Assembly: GCA_951406725.2 (NCBI GenBank)
Contig: OX597827.1
Location: 34,596,001-34,660,000, forward strand
Length of the DNA: 64,000 nt
Direction of reading: 5' to 3'
Source: Octopus vulgaris
Lineage: Eukaryota
In this document: in pieces, positions 47,819-62,407 of the stretch
Position numbering within the stretch: position 1 is the first letter of the stretch
How the letters are laid out: the number at the start of each line of letters is the position of its first letter
The notes under the pieces: generated by a model
Seen by the model: only the letters and a program-made list of their open reading frames with translations
Databases searched by the model: none
Told to the model about the DNA's origin: nothing
Translations under genes and position numbers: made by a program

Positions 47819-48726
47819 AAACTACAGATCACAATCATCAGTGACAGAAATTATTATTTCTTTACACATCATTAGGAATAGTTCTGAGGACAGAATTACA
47901 GCCATCTGCCATTTTTCAATAAATATACTTCTTTCTTTATCATTCATTTTCACATTTTTGTTTCAAAAATTGCTTTGAATTTCTTAAGAGTTCCATAAAA
48001 ATTAACCACCAACAATTTATAAACAGAATTCAAATTATGAGATATGGTATTTCTCAGTTTAAAAACCAGAAAGGATTACAGCATCAAGTATCACAAATTT
48101 CATGTGGCTGGAATTACTTTGATCATTGTCATTCTGGCCTTGACCACCCTGTCCTTTTAGATTATAGTCTAAGATTACATGATTCCAAGATTTCTTAAGG
48201 TAAAAAGGTATGATTTCTAATATGTTCACAAACCATTTAAAGGCACCAACTATAAAAATATTAATGGGAAATGCATAAACATGTAAGAAGCTGGGTTATG
48301 AAGCATTAATTTGCAGAGATTTATGCTTCAATTTATGAAAAATGAAGATGTTATTTTAAATGCAAATGAAATAAGCTTAAACACTTCAAATAGCAATCAC
48401 TGTAACATAATGTGTGTGTGTGCTCGTGCATGCATGCGTGTGTACATGACGGGCTTCCATACAGTTTCAATCTGTGAATTTCAATCACAAGGCATTGGTT
48501 AACCTGAGGCTTATGTTAATAATACCAGGTTGCTGACATGATATTGTATAGACTCAGATATCAAATATTGAGTAGCAAAATCAAAAATCTCAATGTAGAG
48601 TGCAAATCAAATATTTTGGCAATCAGAAATCAAGTCTTCCTCATGCAAGCTTTGGAATTCTGGAATACACAATCTCAGGTGGAAAAATTAAAGAACAAAA
48701 GGTAAAATAGAAAAATATTGTTGTTA

Positions 48727-48766
<40 letters not shown>

Positions 48767-49028
48767 GCACATCTAATGGATATGCAGTGTTTAAAAGCAT
48801 ATGTATAAATGGAGTTTCAAGACATCCAACTACTCATGGAAGTTGGTCTCCAAACTTTTATCCGAATTAAGCCTGTGGAACACCTTATTTTCTTCTAACA
48901 TGTTACCCAAAACTCTTTTTAATGCCTATTACTTTCTGTGTATTATATTTTGAATTTTTAAAAATGTCTTTTTCTATATCCCATTATTATTTTTATCTAT
49001 ATTCTATTATTATTATGTTTACAAGTAT

Positions 49029-49414
49029 GGGCACAGGAGTGGCTGTGTGGTAAGTAGCTTGCTTACCAACCACATGGTTCTGGGTTCATTCCCACTGCAT
49101 GGTACCTTGGGAAAGTGTCTTCTACTATAGCCTCGGGCCAACCAAAGCCTTGTGAGTGGATTTGGTAGACGGAAACTGAAATGAAGCCTGTTGTATATAT
49201 GTATGTATATGTTTGTGTATCTGTGTTTGTCCCCCCAATATTGCTTGACAACCGATGCTGGTGTGTTTACGTCCCTGTAACTTAGCTGTTTGGCAAAAGA
49301 GACCGATAGAATAAGTACTAGGCTTACAAAGAATAAGTCCTGGGGTCGATTTGCTCGACTAAGTGTGGTGCTCCAGCATGGCCACAGTTAGCTGACTGAA
49401 ACAAGTAAAAGAGT
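49029..49414 (+). mobile_element. SINE family A (tRNA-like head, internal TA/TG microsatellite, gtaaaaga tail), full length
   Basis: A box tggctgtgtgg, B-box-like ggttcattccc, internal microsatellite, and 3' end ctgaaacaagtaaaagag. Many copies in the window. Confidence 0.88.
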
Positions 49415-50099
49415 ATATATGTCCATGTATATTTTTAGTATTCATATATTTTTATATCTCTAATATATCATTATATATTTCAGCTTGGACATCATCATCA
49501 TCATCATCATCGTTTAACATCTGCTTTCCATGGGTTGGACGATTTTGACTGAGGGCTGGCGAACCAGATGGCTGCACCAGGCTCCAATCTTGATCTGGTA
49601 GAGTTTCTACAGCTGGATGCCCTTCCTAACGCCAACCACTCCAAGAGTGTAGTGGGTGCTATGACGTGTTATTTGTTTATTAGTCATCACTAAATGTAAA
49701 CAACACTAAATTTAGCACAATCATTAATTTTAATACAATGTCTTAAAGTCAAGGTACAAAACAGAAAACTTCACACACGTATGACATACGTCCACATGTA
49801 ACGACCATTGCAGCAGCACTGGAGAGAAGTTCACACTCCCGTTCTCTTTATAGTCAATGTGGAACCTCAAGATATTTGTCAATTGTATTGAAACTTGGTA
49901 TGCAACCTCTTACGGATACCATATTTACTGTTTTGCATTCTGCTATGTAGAAATATGTATTTATTATGACTTATAATCCATGAAATCCAAAATTCGACCA
50001 AAAATAGCAATTTTTAAAATTTTCAATTGCATTGCAGAGCCTGAAAAAATATTTAACTACAAAGTTCTTTATACACCATTCTTTTAACTCTAATTCACA

Positions 50100-50950
50100 A
50101 AATATCGATTCTTGGTTACCAATTTCAAAAGTTGCATTTTTTGCTCCACCTTATGTGCAACATGGTAATACTAAGTTTTTGTTAATGCTACCAGCAGTTG
50201 AAAGAATTTTTAGCATTTATACTGGCTTGAAATCTTACTTATGTTGCCAAGAACACTCTCTGGAACTGATAAAACAATTCTTTGAAAATAATTTTGGAGA
50301 AATATATTCATGGTCTGTACATGGACAGTGTAGCCTTTTAAATAAATTAATTCTGGTCATGGAGAAGGACAATTCCAATGCAAGAGATATCACTATAGAA
50401 ATGTAAAATCTGATTCCAATATAGAAGAAAGAAAAAACTGTGAACATGTGTCTCAAAATGCAATGGCCTTGCAGAGAAAACTTGAAGAGAATGGTGAAAG
50501 CATTGAAAAAGTGAAGCAGATAATTAAAAGGTTTCATGAAAGATGTTTCTCATACATGGAAAGAAAATGTTTCAATTGGCAGAAGACTGTGTTGTTAAAT
50601 TCTGGAGACATATTTTGTCCCAGTGTTGGGCAGTCTGCAGCTAAGATTGCCCAAAGGATTGAAAAGTAAGTAATAAATTTTGATGAATTATATGATGGAG
50701 TTGTTATTGCAAAGAGCTAATGCAGAAGTTTGGACAACTCAAAACCTTTAAGTATGAAGAACAGTGTCGATTTTTTTTTTGTTTTGTTCATTGAAATGAA
50801 AGATAGATGTGAGTAAAAAATCAGTGCTGTAGTAAAATACATTCTTTGTTCACCAGTTGAACCAGTGCTTTCTGTAACAAACAATGCCATCAGATAAGAG
50901 GGACAACATAGCAGAAGCTGCAGTCAGGATCTGATGATGACTTAAATATA
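50100..50950 (+). pseudogene. hAT-like transposase remnant
   Basis: HGNTKFLLMLPAVERIFSIYTGLKSY resembles the hAT motif HxxTRWLSLxxAVERILxxWxxLKxYF. Heavily degraded. Confidence 0.5.
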
Positions 50951-51195
50951 CTTTTCACTAAGCAGCTCAGAATTTTTTAAACATAATTTTAAAATGACAA
51001 TACATTTTTTAAAGAAAAGTAGTTTCAAGCAGAAAATATGAAAGTACTAATGGTTGAATAAAGTATTACTTGACAATAAACAACTTGTTCAGTTTAATTC
51101 ATTTTTAAATGCTGCTGTTTTACTTGACAATATTTTATATGCATATGCTGCCCAATAAAGAATAGCTGCTTTGTACTTCTGTTTCTGTTCACCAT

Positions 51196-51780
51196 TGGGT
51201 AAGACCCCCTTCAGTCATGAATGACCATGGGATTGCACCTAGAAAGTTACCCTCCGAGGTACAAGTCTGGGCAAGGTTGTTTATGGAAGGCCAGCAGTTG
51301 CCCATGCATACCAGCCTCCCCTCTCCATACCACTGATGTTATCCAAGGGAAAGGCAAAGGCCGATACAACTCATTTCTACAGCTGAGTTAACTGGAGCAG
51401 TGTGAAATAAAGTGTCTTGCTCAAGAGCACAACACACAGCCCAGTCCGGGAATTGAAATCACAACCTCATGATCGTAAGCTCGACGCTCTAACCACTGAG
51501 CCATCCCAGACCGGGCTGCGTGTTGTGTTCTTGAGCAAGACACTTTATTTCACATTGCTCCAGTTAACTCAGCTGTAGAAATGAGTTGCGACATCACTGG
51601 TGCCAAGCTGTATCGGCCTTTGCCTTTCCCTTGGATAACATCAGTGGTGTGGAGAGGAGAGGCCAGTATGCATGGGCGACTGCTGGCCTTCCATAAACAA
51701 CTTTGCCCAGACTTGTACTTCGGAGGGTAACTTTCTAGGTGCAATCGCATGGTCATTCATGACCGAAGGGGGTCTCCCCA
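51196..51780. mobile_element. Inverted head-to-head dimer of the same SINE, flanked by one 13-bp direct repeat
   Basis: Minus copy 51196-51504 and 5'-truncated plus copy ~51505-51780. ttctgttcaccat at 51183-51195 and 51781-51793. Confidence 0.9.
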
Positions 51781-52149
51781 TTCTGTTCACCATCCTTTTA
51801 CGTCTTTCAGCAAGACTCTCAACCTCCTCAGTGATAAAGACAAAGCGTACATCTTAACTCAGAGCTATTATTTTCAACACTTGCAAAGGGAAAGCCTTCA
51901 TATCAGAAAGCATGCAATTATATTAATATATTTGCTATGAAAATTTTCCGGATCCTACGACAAATGGGGAGAGGAGGTTCACTCTCCGTCAACAATCAAC
52001 TCACATGCTGTGACTTTTTAAACCTTGCGTAATATTCTCATTGTTCCCGGCTTCACACACACAGATATATATATAGGAACAATTTATGGAAGGTGACGCA
52101 AATGATAATTTACATTTACTAAAAGCATGTTAAACTGACAGTGTTGATC

Positions 52150-52645
52150 TTAATAAAAACTACGTCGATGGGGCCACTCAAACTCCCACTTTTTCCCGTC
52201 ATGGACAGTGACTCTTGTTTCCACCTTATTTATTTATTTATTTATTAGCAACTTTTAATCAATCTCGTCGTTTTTTCTTTATTTACACAAGGAACACCGG
52301 AAGAAGCATCACCGCCTATAATTTTACTTCCTTTCATACGAGGACAACGGACCAGCCTCTCAAAGAGGAAATTTTTTTTTTATTTATGTATATACATACA
52401 TATATATATTTATATTTATTTATTTATATATAAATATTTTAGTATATATATATATATTTGTCTATGTGAATATACTGATATATATATGTAGATATTTATA
52501 TATATATATATACTCTGTATATACATATAAATATATGTATAAGTTGTTTCCGTGCTTATTATTTCGTTAACCAGCCACTCTTTATACCCTCCCGACAGCA
52601 TCATCATCAACAGGAACAGACAATCGATTGTCAAGGTAATTCAGT
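52150..52645 (+). promoter_or_regulatory. Candidate promoter or non-coding first exon of ZF3
   Basis: CpG retention, ETS-like ccggaag near 52297, donor AAG|GTAATT at 52635/52636, and downstream acceptors near 56673/56682 and 57049. Inference only. Confidence 0.35.
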
Positions 52646-55189
52646 CTGTTTTGCTTCATAAACTTTTCGTTTCACTTTTTATTTCTTATTTATTCTGCCT
52701 TTGCTTTGAAATTTTTTTCAAGCCTTTCTCTTTTACTTCCTTTTGCAACCAATCGGATAATTGTCACCGACAGATCGAGCACTTATAATAGTTTTTTTTT
52801 TTTTTTTGTGCGTGTGTGTGTGTGTTTATGATTACAGTGACATGTAGGATATTTTGTCGTAATATGAAATCTCACCTCGGTACTGGACTTAAACTTTATC
52901 TTAACGATTCCGGAAGTTGACCTCGGGTGGGATTAAACCGGAACATTGTCGACTCAACCGATTCTGGCAGTCCACCCGATTATAAAATGGAATACAGTTT
53001 ACTGTTGTTTTTTTTTTATTTTGTTTTGTCTTTATCTTCATTTTCTTCGCAAGAAGAAAACGCACTTTGAATTGTTAATTACTATCATACAATCATTTGC
53101 TTTAGCTTTCTACTCCCCCACCCACTTTCTGTACGCGTGTGTAATAAATATGTGTATATATGTACGTTTATATAGATAGATAGATAGAAAGATTTGGTGA
53201 TACAAACTGGAAAAATAGAGCTCAAAACACGAGTATTATATTTTTTATTAATATTTATCAGAGGCAACAGAGTGACTCAGGACAGAGAGTTTCGTGCGTT
53301 AGCAATTATGTGTGTATGTATATATATATATATCTTCGAACAGTCTATTAACTAATTATGGCATATAACTGATCGGAATGTTACGTCGGATTTGCGCCGA
53401 CTATTGCACTTGGCAGTATTTATTGATGACTCTTCAGACATGGTGGCCGGACATAAAATATAAAATGCAACCACTCTACTTCTCATATTGAGTGTGCTTT
53501 TTGTTCTGACTTAAGGAAAACTAATGGATAATTGTATAAATGCTTACATGATTGTGAAGATCTGGTCTTCTGAGTCGCCTGTCGGTTTGTTCAAATGGTT
53601 GAACAACTTGAATTCCCAGTCAACTTGATCTTCTTCATAAATTTGGCTCAACTCTCAATATCGAGTCACACCATCAATAAACGTTCCGTTATCCTTAAAC
53701 TTGCTTTGGAATAATAGCGTATTTTCATATGCGCGCACACACACCCAGTTACTTTGAGATTATTAAACCCGATGGTACGCCTTTTTTTTTTGTTTACACA
53801 CACACACACGTGAGTGTAAAGAGAGACTGGGGATGAAGAGGGAGGTGACAGTTTCTGAACTTAATCTTATTTTGACATATAACTCTGTACATCCTCCCAG
53901 TAGCAAATACATTGAGTTGGACGAGATGATCCTTGAATGAAAAATAAAATAACTGCAATTTAGCAGCCCCTCCCACCCTCATTTTTTTCCTCGATACTAT
54001 CATCGAAATGTATATTTTTAATGAAATTTTGTTGAAATACATTTTCGAGAGTGTAGATTACTTGATGTTGATATTTCAAAAGTCATGGAAATTGATAGTG
54101 AGAAAGTTGATGAGGAAGAAAGATCCGGAACTTCTCCAAAAAATTCAAGAAATTATCTTTGTCTGAATTTTATCAACGTAATCGTAATCTACACTCTTAA
54201 AAAAATCTTACTATTATAAGATTTACTTTTAAAAGAAAATAAAATTTTCAGAAAGTTTGGAAGAAACGAAGTTGGAAGCGGGCACCAATCTCTTGTTATG
54301 CATACCATATTTGATGGCACTTAAGATGTACACACACACACACACACACATATTGTATTTATGTGATTTTAGTATCTTACAAACAGAATCAGAATTCGTG
54401 ATAAAAGGAAGTCGTACAAAATAAGTTTATTCATGAATTACATATATTTTCTACTTAGGCTGATTATGATGATATTAACTATTTACTTTTCAGGACAGTA
54501 TTGACCTAGCTGACGTATTTTACTCAAAAACATTCTCATCTTAATCTCCTTATTTATTTTCTTCGGGTTTTTTTTTTTTTGAGGGGTGGGGGATTGCTCT
54601 ATATTTTACTGCATTATTCAAGGATGTGATTTGAAGAAGCTTTAAGGCCTAGCTCTGGCGCCAGAGGCTTACCGAATTAGAAAGAAAGAGTAATATTTTC
54701 TAATAACAAACACCAGTTGAGAATTGAAACCATGTCTGGCACAGTGTTTTATTGGTTTGAATAAGACAGCAAACATACTACAGTCCAGCTTTCAAGGATT
54801 TTAGTCAACTTTAGTATATTTCAGTTTGGTATGAATCAACTGGTTGTTGATGACAACTGACCACAGGATAAAAGTTCACACACATATATGTCACCATCAT
54901 CATTTACTATCAGTCTCCTAGGTCAGCGTGGGTTGGACAGTTTGACAGGATTCAGTGAACTGGAGGACTGTGTTGAGTGCCAGTATGGGTTAAGGGCTTA
55001 GAAAAACTGAGGGACTGCTGCAATAAGTGTGTGAAGCTGAGAAGGGAATATGTTGAATAATTAACTGATCCTCCCGTATTTTCTTTTACCCAAAGCCAGG
55101 AACTTTTCCGTACCCCCTCGTACATTATTGTCTAAGTAAAAAGAGTGAGTCACTTTAATGAGAACTTTGTGTCTGGCAACTACGGCCCC

Positions 55190-55810
55190 CACCAGCAGGG
55201 CATATGTCCCATGTTAGGAATCACTGGCATACAAGATTCTGTGATGCTGCTAAACTCATTACAGAATCACCTCCATGCTTCACTGTAGGGGCCAAACAAT
55301 TGGGTTTGAAAGCTTCTTTGGGCTGTCTTCAGGCATAAACTCACCCTAAAGTAGGGGGAAAACAATGATATTCTTCCATTGAACCAATGACCACTCCTAA
55401 TTGTCCAGATGCCATTTTTTTGCTTATCACTGTTAATGGGGAATGAGAGAGGTTTAGCAGTTGCAGCCCTTCCATGGTATCCAAACTTTATGGAGCTCAC
55501 AATGAATGGTTTTGGCCGACTCAGGGTTGGCAAGATGGTGGTTCAGCTCTGCTGTCAATTTTGCTGCTGTAGTTCAATAGATTTTAGACACAATATATTT
55601 CACTAATCTACCGTCCCTCTATGTGAGTTTTGCTTTCCCCCCAGAATTGTACTTACGAAAGCTAGTTTTACCTTGGTTTGGGAATACCTACAAGATTTTA
55701 GTGACAGTTCTTCTTAAAGCATTAAACAATTCAGCAGTTTTGGTATCTGAAGTGCCAGCCATCTGTGCTTCAACAATTTGTCCCTTTTGGAAATCAGATA
55801 GGCCACATAT
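55190..55810 (-). pseudogene. Tc1-like transposase remnant
   Basis: Minus strand reads LSDFQKGQIVEAQMAGTSDTKTAELF...RRTVTKI (Tc1 paired-like HTH), then GYHGRAATAKPL and a W-containing pre-catalytic segment. Many frameshifts. Confidence 0.75.
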
Positions 55811-56990
55811 TTTAATTTGCCATAGGGGAACTCCTTGTTATGCTTTACCAACCCCTAGGGGGTCCTTCGGACCCCCTTTGGCAACCCCTGGACTAAGCCC
55901 TTCAAGGTAGTGACCTAGGATAACCACAGTCAAATGAGTGAAATATATAAAAGAATATGTATGTGTGTGAAAGTGTGTCTGTATGAATTTGTGGTTTTAT
56001 GTTTAACAGCCATTATCATGTGCCAAACTAAAATGCGGCTATCGCTTGAGTCTATTTTGTAGACTCACTTATTACCTTCCTTTGACAGGGAAGAGTTTTC
56101 CTTTACTTGGTATCAATGAAAAGGGAAATTGTGAGATAGATGCAATTGAAAGGTTTGAGAACAGAATTTTACCTCTTAAGCGAAGCCTTAATTAGCATCT
56201 TTGGGTACCACTTGAAGAGGAAAGTGATGGTAGAAGTACTGCCCTCTGTAAATTTTTTGTAAGTTTTAAGAGTTGAAAAATTGGCATAGCTAAAAGAGCC
56301 TAGTCTAACTATGATACAACAGCTATAGGTTGGCAGCAAGGACTGAAAGGAAATACTTGCTTTTTTTAGGGTAATCCAGGGTTGTGTATGATGTGTCCTA
56401 AATTACTCTTATAAGAAAGGATCCCATTTTAGGGATCTTGTTTTGTTTGTTCTAGATTACGGTTGTCATTTATTGTTCTTTATTATTATTATTATTATTG
56501 ATCTTACCCCTTTATTTCATGTAAATCCTACGTTGTTTTTTTTCTAGCTCTTTTTTTAAAAATTCTATCTTTGTGCTGCGCCCAAGATTTTAAGCCTTTG
56601 TAGCCAATAGAACTCATTAATATTATCACTTCAATTTCCTATCAATTAATGTCTTTTTTTTTTTTTATTTCAGTTTTTTCAGTGAGTCTCTAAGATTCCA
56701 TTGGAGGAGCAAGGAGTATTTACAGTGGAGTACAGAAGAAAGATTTGAAAGATATTGCTAAACCATCTGTAACATACCTCACAGTTCTTAAAAACCGAGA
56801 TATACTTTTATACTTTTAAAGAAGATATTACTGTTCCTTCCACTAGTTTTGTGAAATCTAGTAAAAAAAAAGTTGCAGCTTGTAAATATGACTTCAGTTA
56901 TTTACATAACTTGTGTGTAACAGAACAGTGAATTAGCTGCTTTCAAGCCACTACTTCAACCAGTGTATTTTGGGGGGATTGTGTCGTTTG

Positions 56991-57024
<34 letters not shown>

Positions 57025-57062
57025 CTTATTAGTTTTTCTGTTTTATCAGTGGAATTTCTACA

Positions 57063-58043
57063 ATGTACTCCATGCAATCTGTTTACTCCATGAGCGAGCA
57101 GTTTAGCTGTGATTCATGTGAGAAAACCTTCCAGCTATATGACCAACTTAAGGCTCACAAGAGATCTATGCATGCTGGTAGTGGTGAACATAAATCTTTC
57201 ATATGTGAATTCTGCCACAAAGAATTCAGCCAGATTTCGTCCTTGCGTAACCACGAACGCACACACACAGGTGAGAAACCATTCCAGTGCCTGACTTGCA
57301 GTAAGTCCTTCAGCCAAAGGGGCAACTTGAAACACCACGAACGAATACACACTGGGGAGAAGCCGTTCACTTGCGAGATGTGTGCAAAAGCTTTTAGCCA
57401 AGTGTCAAGTCTGCGCAACCATGAGCGGACGCATACAGGCGAAAAGCCTTTCACCTGTCCAACTTGTTCGAAAGAGTTTAGCCAGAAGGGAAATCTGAAA
57501 ATACACGAACGAACACATACTGGCGAAAAACCTTTCACTTGTTCCCTCTGTACCAAATCTTTCAGCCAGAAAGGAAATCTGAAAACACATATGCGCAACC
57601 ATGGAGATAAAAAAGAATTCAGCTGCTCCCTCTGTGGAAAAGTATTCTCATGTAAATCATTGCTGAAATGCCATGAAAAAGCACATAATGTGTCTGAGGC
57701 AGGTAGTAGTCAAGGAATCGGCACAGCCATGGGGCAAGAAGCAATAGGGCTGGTCCCAAATCCCACAACTGCCACTGAGGGCCCAGCAGGCTCCATCGAC
57801 CTTAGAAAGGACCTATATAACTATCACAGCAACAACAGTAACAGCAACCATAATCATCCACAGCACACATCAGCCACCACAGGTGTACAAGCTCAGCAGC
57901 CACACCTGTCACAACAGCTGCGCAATCAAACCAACTTTGGTGCTAACTCCAGTGGATTTGATCCTAGGGATCACCTAGCAGCATCACAGTTAGATTTAAC
58001 CACGGATAATCGGCACAATCAGAACAACCGTGTCTATGTGTAA
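57063..58043 (+). CDS. C2H2 zinc-finger protein ZF3 (326 aa): 7 fingers, N/Q/H-rich tail
   Basis: ATG-initiated ORF with seven C2H2 motifs and four HTGEKPF linkers. Acceptor-like tttttctgttttatcag ends at 57049, 13 nt before the ATG. AATAAA at 58069 and 58085. Confidence 0.92.
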   Translation: MYSMQSVYSMSEQFSCDSCEKTFQLYDQLKAHKRSMHAGSGEHKSFICEFCHKEFSQISSLRNHERTHTGEKPFQCLTCSKSFSQRGNLKHHERIHTGEKPFTCEMCAKAFSQVSSLRNHERTHTGEKPFTCPTCSKEFSQKGNLKIHERTHTGEKPFTCSLCTKSFSQKGNLKTHMRNHGDKKEFSCSLCGKVFSCKSLLKCHEKAHNVSEAGSSQGIGTAMGQEAIGLVPNPTTATEGPAGSIDLRKDLYNYHSNNSNSNHNHPQHTSATTGVQAQQPHLSQQLRNQTNFGANSSGFDPRDHLAASQLDLTTDNRHNQNNRVYV

Positions 58044-58689
58044 GGAGCCATACCCAACAAAGCTGCCAAATAAACCATCATTTTAATAAAAACGAACTCT
58101 CTTTGGACAACACTTTTACTATTTTTATTATTGTCAAAAGTAATTATTATTATTGTTGATATTGGCAAGCATCTAAGGACAGCACTCAGTTTTCAAGGAA
58201 CTGAGTTCATTTCAATTCATGCTTGGAACCACTAAATGCTCTTGGGTAAAGCACAGACTCCACAAGTTTCTATTTCTCTCCTTCTCCATAAAAATATTGT
58301 CTTCATGCCAGTATAAGAAACTATCATCATCATCATCATCATCATCTGTTGTGATTACAAAGGTTAAGTAGGTACATCGTTGCAGTTCAGGTTTCTGGGA
58401 GCTGTAGACTTAAATTCTGCTACAATCATTGTGTTGTGTCCTTTGGGGTCAAGATGTTTTCTCAATTACCTACCTCTTAAAAACTATGGGTCAAGAGGGG
58501 TTTTTTTCTCTTGCTTTTACTGATGTTAAGATATTGACTTCAGGAATTGAGGTCATATCCTATAAAGGTCAATATTGATTTTATATAATTCCAGGATCAA
58601 AAGGGCAGAGTGATTTAAAAATTGTGCCACTAAGATTTACCAGTCAAGTCTTTCTCTTTTCTTTTACAGAGAGAAGAAATTATTATTAA

Positions 58690-59332
58690 GGTGGTGAGCT
58701 GGCAGAATCATTAGCACCTTGGCTAAAATGCTTAATCACATTTCTTCCAGCTCCTCTACATTCTGAGTTCAAATTCTGCTGAGGCCAACTTTGCTTTTCA
58801 TCCTTTTGGAGGTAATATATTAAGGTCTAGTTATGTACTGAGGTTGATGTATTCAGTTTGCCTCCTCCCTTCAAAATTACTGGCCTTGTACCAGAATTAG
58901 AATTATTATTGTTATTAGGGTGAATGTATTGCCAGAATCATTAGTTTTAGGTAAAATGCTTTGTAATGCTTAGCTATGACACTTTATGTTCTGAGTTAAA
59001 ATTCCACTGAGGTCAACTTTGCCTTGGGGTTGCTGTAATTGACTTAAACCCTCCCCCAATATTTCAGGCTTTGTACCTTTAGTAGAAAGGATTATTATTG
59101 TTGTTGTAGTGTACTTGTAGAATTATTGGAGCATTGGAAGAAATACCTGTTAATATTTCTTCTAGTGCTTTACATTCTGAATTCAAATACTGTCAAAGTC
59201 CATTTTACCTCTCCTCATTTTGGGGTCAATAAAATAAGCACTGTTTGAGTACTGGGGCTGATGTGATTGACGAACCCCACCCTGCAAAAATTTCAGGCCA
59301 TGTGCTTTTGTTAGAAAAGATTATCATCATTA
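58690..59332 (+). mobile_element. Three head-to-tail SINE family B copies
   Basis: Repeated cagaatcattag...ttctgagtt(c/a)aaatt...ggcc(t)tgt...agaa units starting near 58690, 58918 and 59110, joined by (ATT)n. Confidence 0.8.
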
Positions 59333-59350
59333 TTGTTAGAGTAGTGGAAT

Positions 59351-60333
<983 letters not shown>

Positions 60334-60336
60334 TAT

Positions 60337-61175
60337 GGTGAAATTGCTAAAATATCTGACAAAATAACTTGTACTTATTTTGAGTTCAAATCATGCTGAG
60401 ATCAGTTTTGCCTTACATATTCCTAGGCTAATTAAATAAATTACTAGTCAAGCCCCGGAGTCAGTTTAATTGACTAACACCTCTCCCCAAATTTCAGGTC
60501 ATTTATCAATTAGAAACTATTATTATTATTTAACCCTTTAGTGTTTAAACCGGCCATATCCGGCCCAATATATTCTACATGTTTTATATTCAAACTGGCC
60601 ATGTCTAGCCTCTCACACCTAACCTACAATGCCATTCTAAAAATAAACAATCACATCATTGAAACCTCAAATCTATAAGATAATCCAGGATTAATTCAAA
60701 ACAATTTGAGTGAAAAAGTATTACATTTAACAGAGTAATCTGAACACTAAAAGGTCAAGGGAGCAAGCTGGCAAAATCAGCACATCGGGCAAAATGTGTA
60801 GCAACATTTGGTCCATTCTTATGTTCTGAGTTTAATTGTCAAGATCAACTTTGCCTTTCATCCTTTCAGGGTTGATAAAATAAGTACTAGTCAAGCACTG
60901 GTTGATAAAATAAGTACTAGTCAAGACTTATCCCACCTCTCGAAGTTGCTAGCCTTTTGCTAAAATTTGAAACCATAATTATATTACTAGTATCATTGAG
61001 CTGGAAGAATTTGTTAACATGTCAGACAAAATATTTAGTGGCATTTCTTCCAAATCTTTTCATTCTGAGTTCTAATTCTGCTGAGATTGACTTCACCTTT
61101 CATCCTTTTGATCCTTTTGGGCTGATAAAGTAATCACTGTTCAAGCTGGCCTTGTGCCAAAAATAGAAAGACTCA
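60337..61175 (+). mobile_element. Three further head-to-tail SINE family B copies, interrupted by a MITE
   Basis: Units at ~60337-60525, 60760-60980 and 60997-61175. Two more plus-strand copies at ~11955-12105 and 12284-12500. Confidence 0.75.
60534..60754. mobile_element. piggyBac-like MITE
   Basis: TTAA-ccctttagtgtt...aacactaaaagg-TCAA. A homologous copy in opposite orientation lies at 4424-4608. Confidence 0.75.
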
Positions 61176-62407
61176 TCATCATCATTACCACTCTCATCAG
61201 CTGTGTGTATGCAATATTACTACTGATGAGTCATTTGTCCACCAGAAAGATACTAGATGATTTATTTTAATGTTATGATGTTTTAAGGGGTATATCTATA
61301 GATTTCTTCTGTAGCCAGTTTTTATAGTTAATTAAGAGTATTTGGTATTTCTTAACATCAAACTTTCTTTACCCATTGCTGAATAAGAACTTTTTAAAAA
61401 GAAAATTGTATTAATATGTTTCACCAACATATTTTTCTTTCATTTTTTGCTCTCACCTTCTTCAAGACGATTGCATGTATTACATAACTGACTGCCATGC
61501 AGTTGTTAACTTAGCTTTGACTTAATGAATATTAAAATATTTTGTTTACTCTAGGGTCAGGCAGCTTTTGCATATGATGCTTCCATTTAGAACATGTCAT
61601 TTTCTGAAATTTTTTTTTTAATTAGTTAATTCCAGAAGGATGAAGTAAGAGAAAGGGATTGAGAAATTGATTTATTGTGGAATTGAATGGGAGAGTTTAG
61701 ACATGTTAAGAAGTGAGTAGACTTGGCTGGATTTCAGTAACAGAAGAAAGAAAAACAGCCTGCTCATTCTGAGGGGCTGATATTTTTGTAGTAACTGTAG
61801 TAGAGAGCATAATCTTATGTGTGTGTGTGTGTGTAGATCAAAGGCTCTTGTAAGACAGACAGTTAAAATGTGTTGTTTATATCATTTATCCTTGCATTGC
61901 TTCAGTGAAGCAGAGCTGTGATTGGGATGACAAATCTTATAGTTGAATGGTCATAGTATACACTATACCAAGTATCATCTAGAGTTAAACCAGCTCCATT
62001 GTCCTTTCTTCAAATCTGACATGACTAAATTAGTCACTTATAAAATTTCTAGCTTCATTCATTCTTTTTATAGTGGCAATGTGATTCCTTCATGATACAC
62101 ACTGTCCACTATATCCTGTCATTCAGAAAAGAAAATATGATTGTTTTTGTAATGTTGTAGAATTTGTGTATTCCAAATAAGGATGGACTAATGATAAATG
62201 AATGTTTGTTGATTAATCCTCATTGCAATTGACTTTCAATTTTTGCCCTAGTAAAACTATCATCTAACTGATTTAGCAATTATTGATTGGATGTTTCAAT
62301 TACAGCTTTCTGTCCATCAAGTTTTCTAATATTTAGGTCTTTAAAAACATTTTCTTATGTATGCATGCATCATTTTAAAGATGACAAGATGTTTATCAAT
62401 GGAGATT

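Noticed and set aside
55858-55890. GC hairpin gggggtcc-ttc-ggaccccc resembling an intrinsic terminator
   Set aside because: Eukaryotic context. It is followed by tttggcaacccctg, which resembles a hAT/Charlie-type MITE terminus.
57135-57602. Antisense ORFs over the zinc-finger arrays (also 8215-8739) and over the LINEs
   Set aside because: Shadow frames expected opposite repetitive coding sequence.
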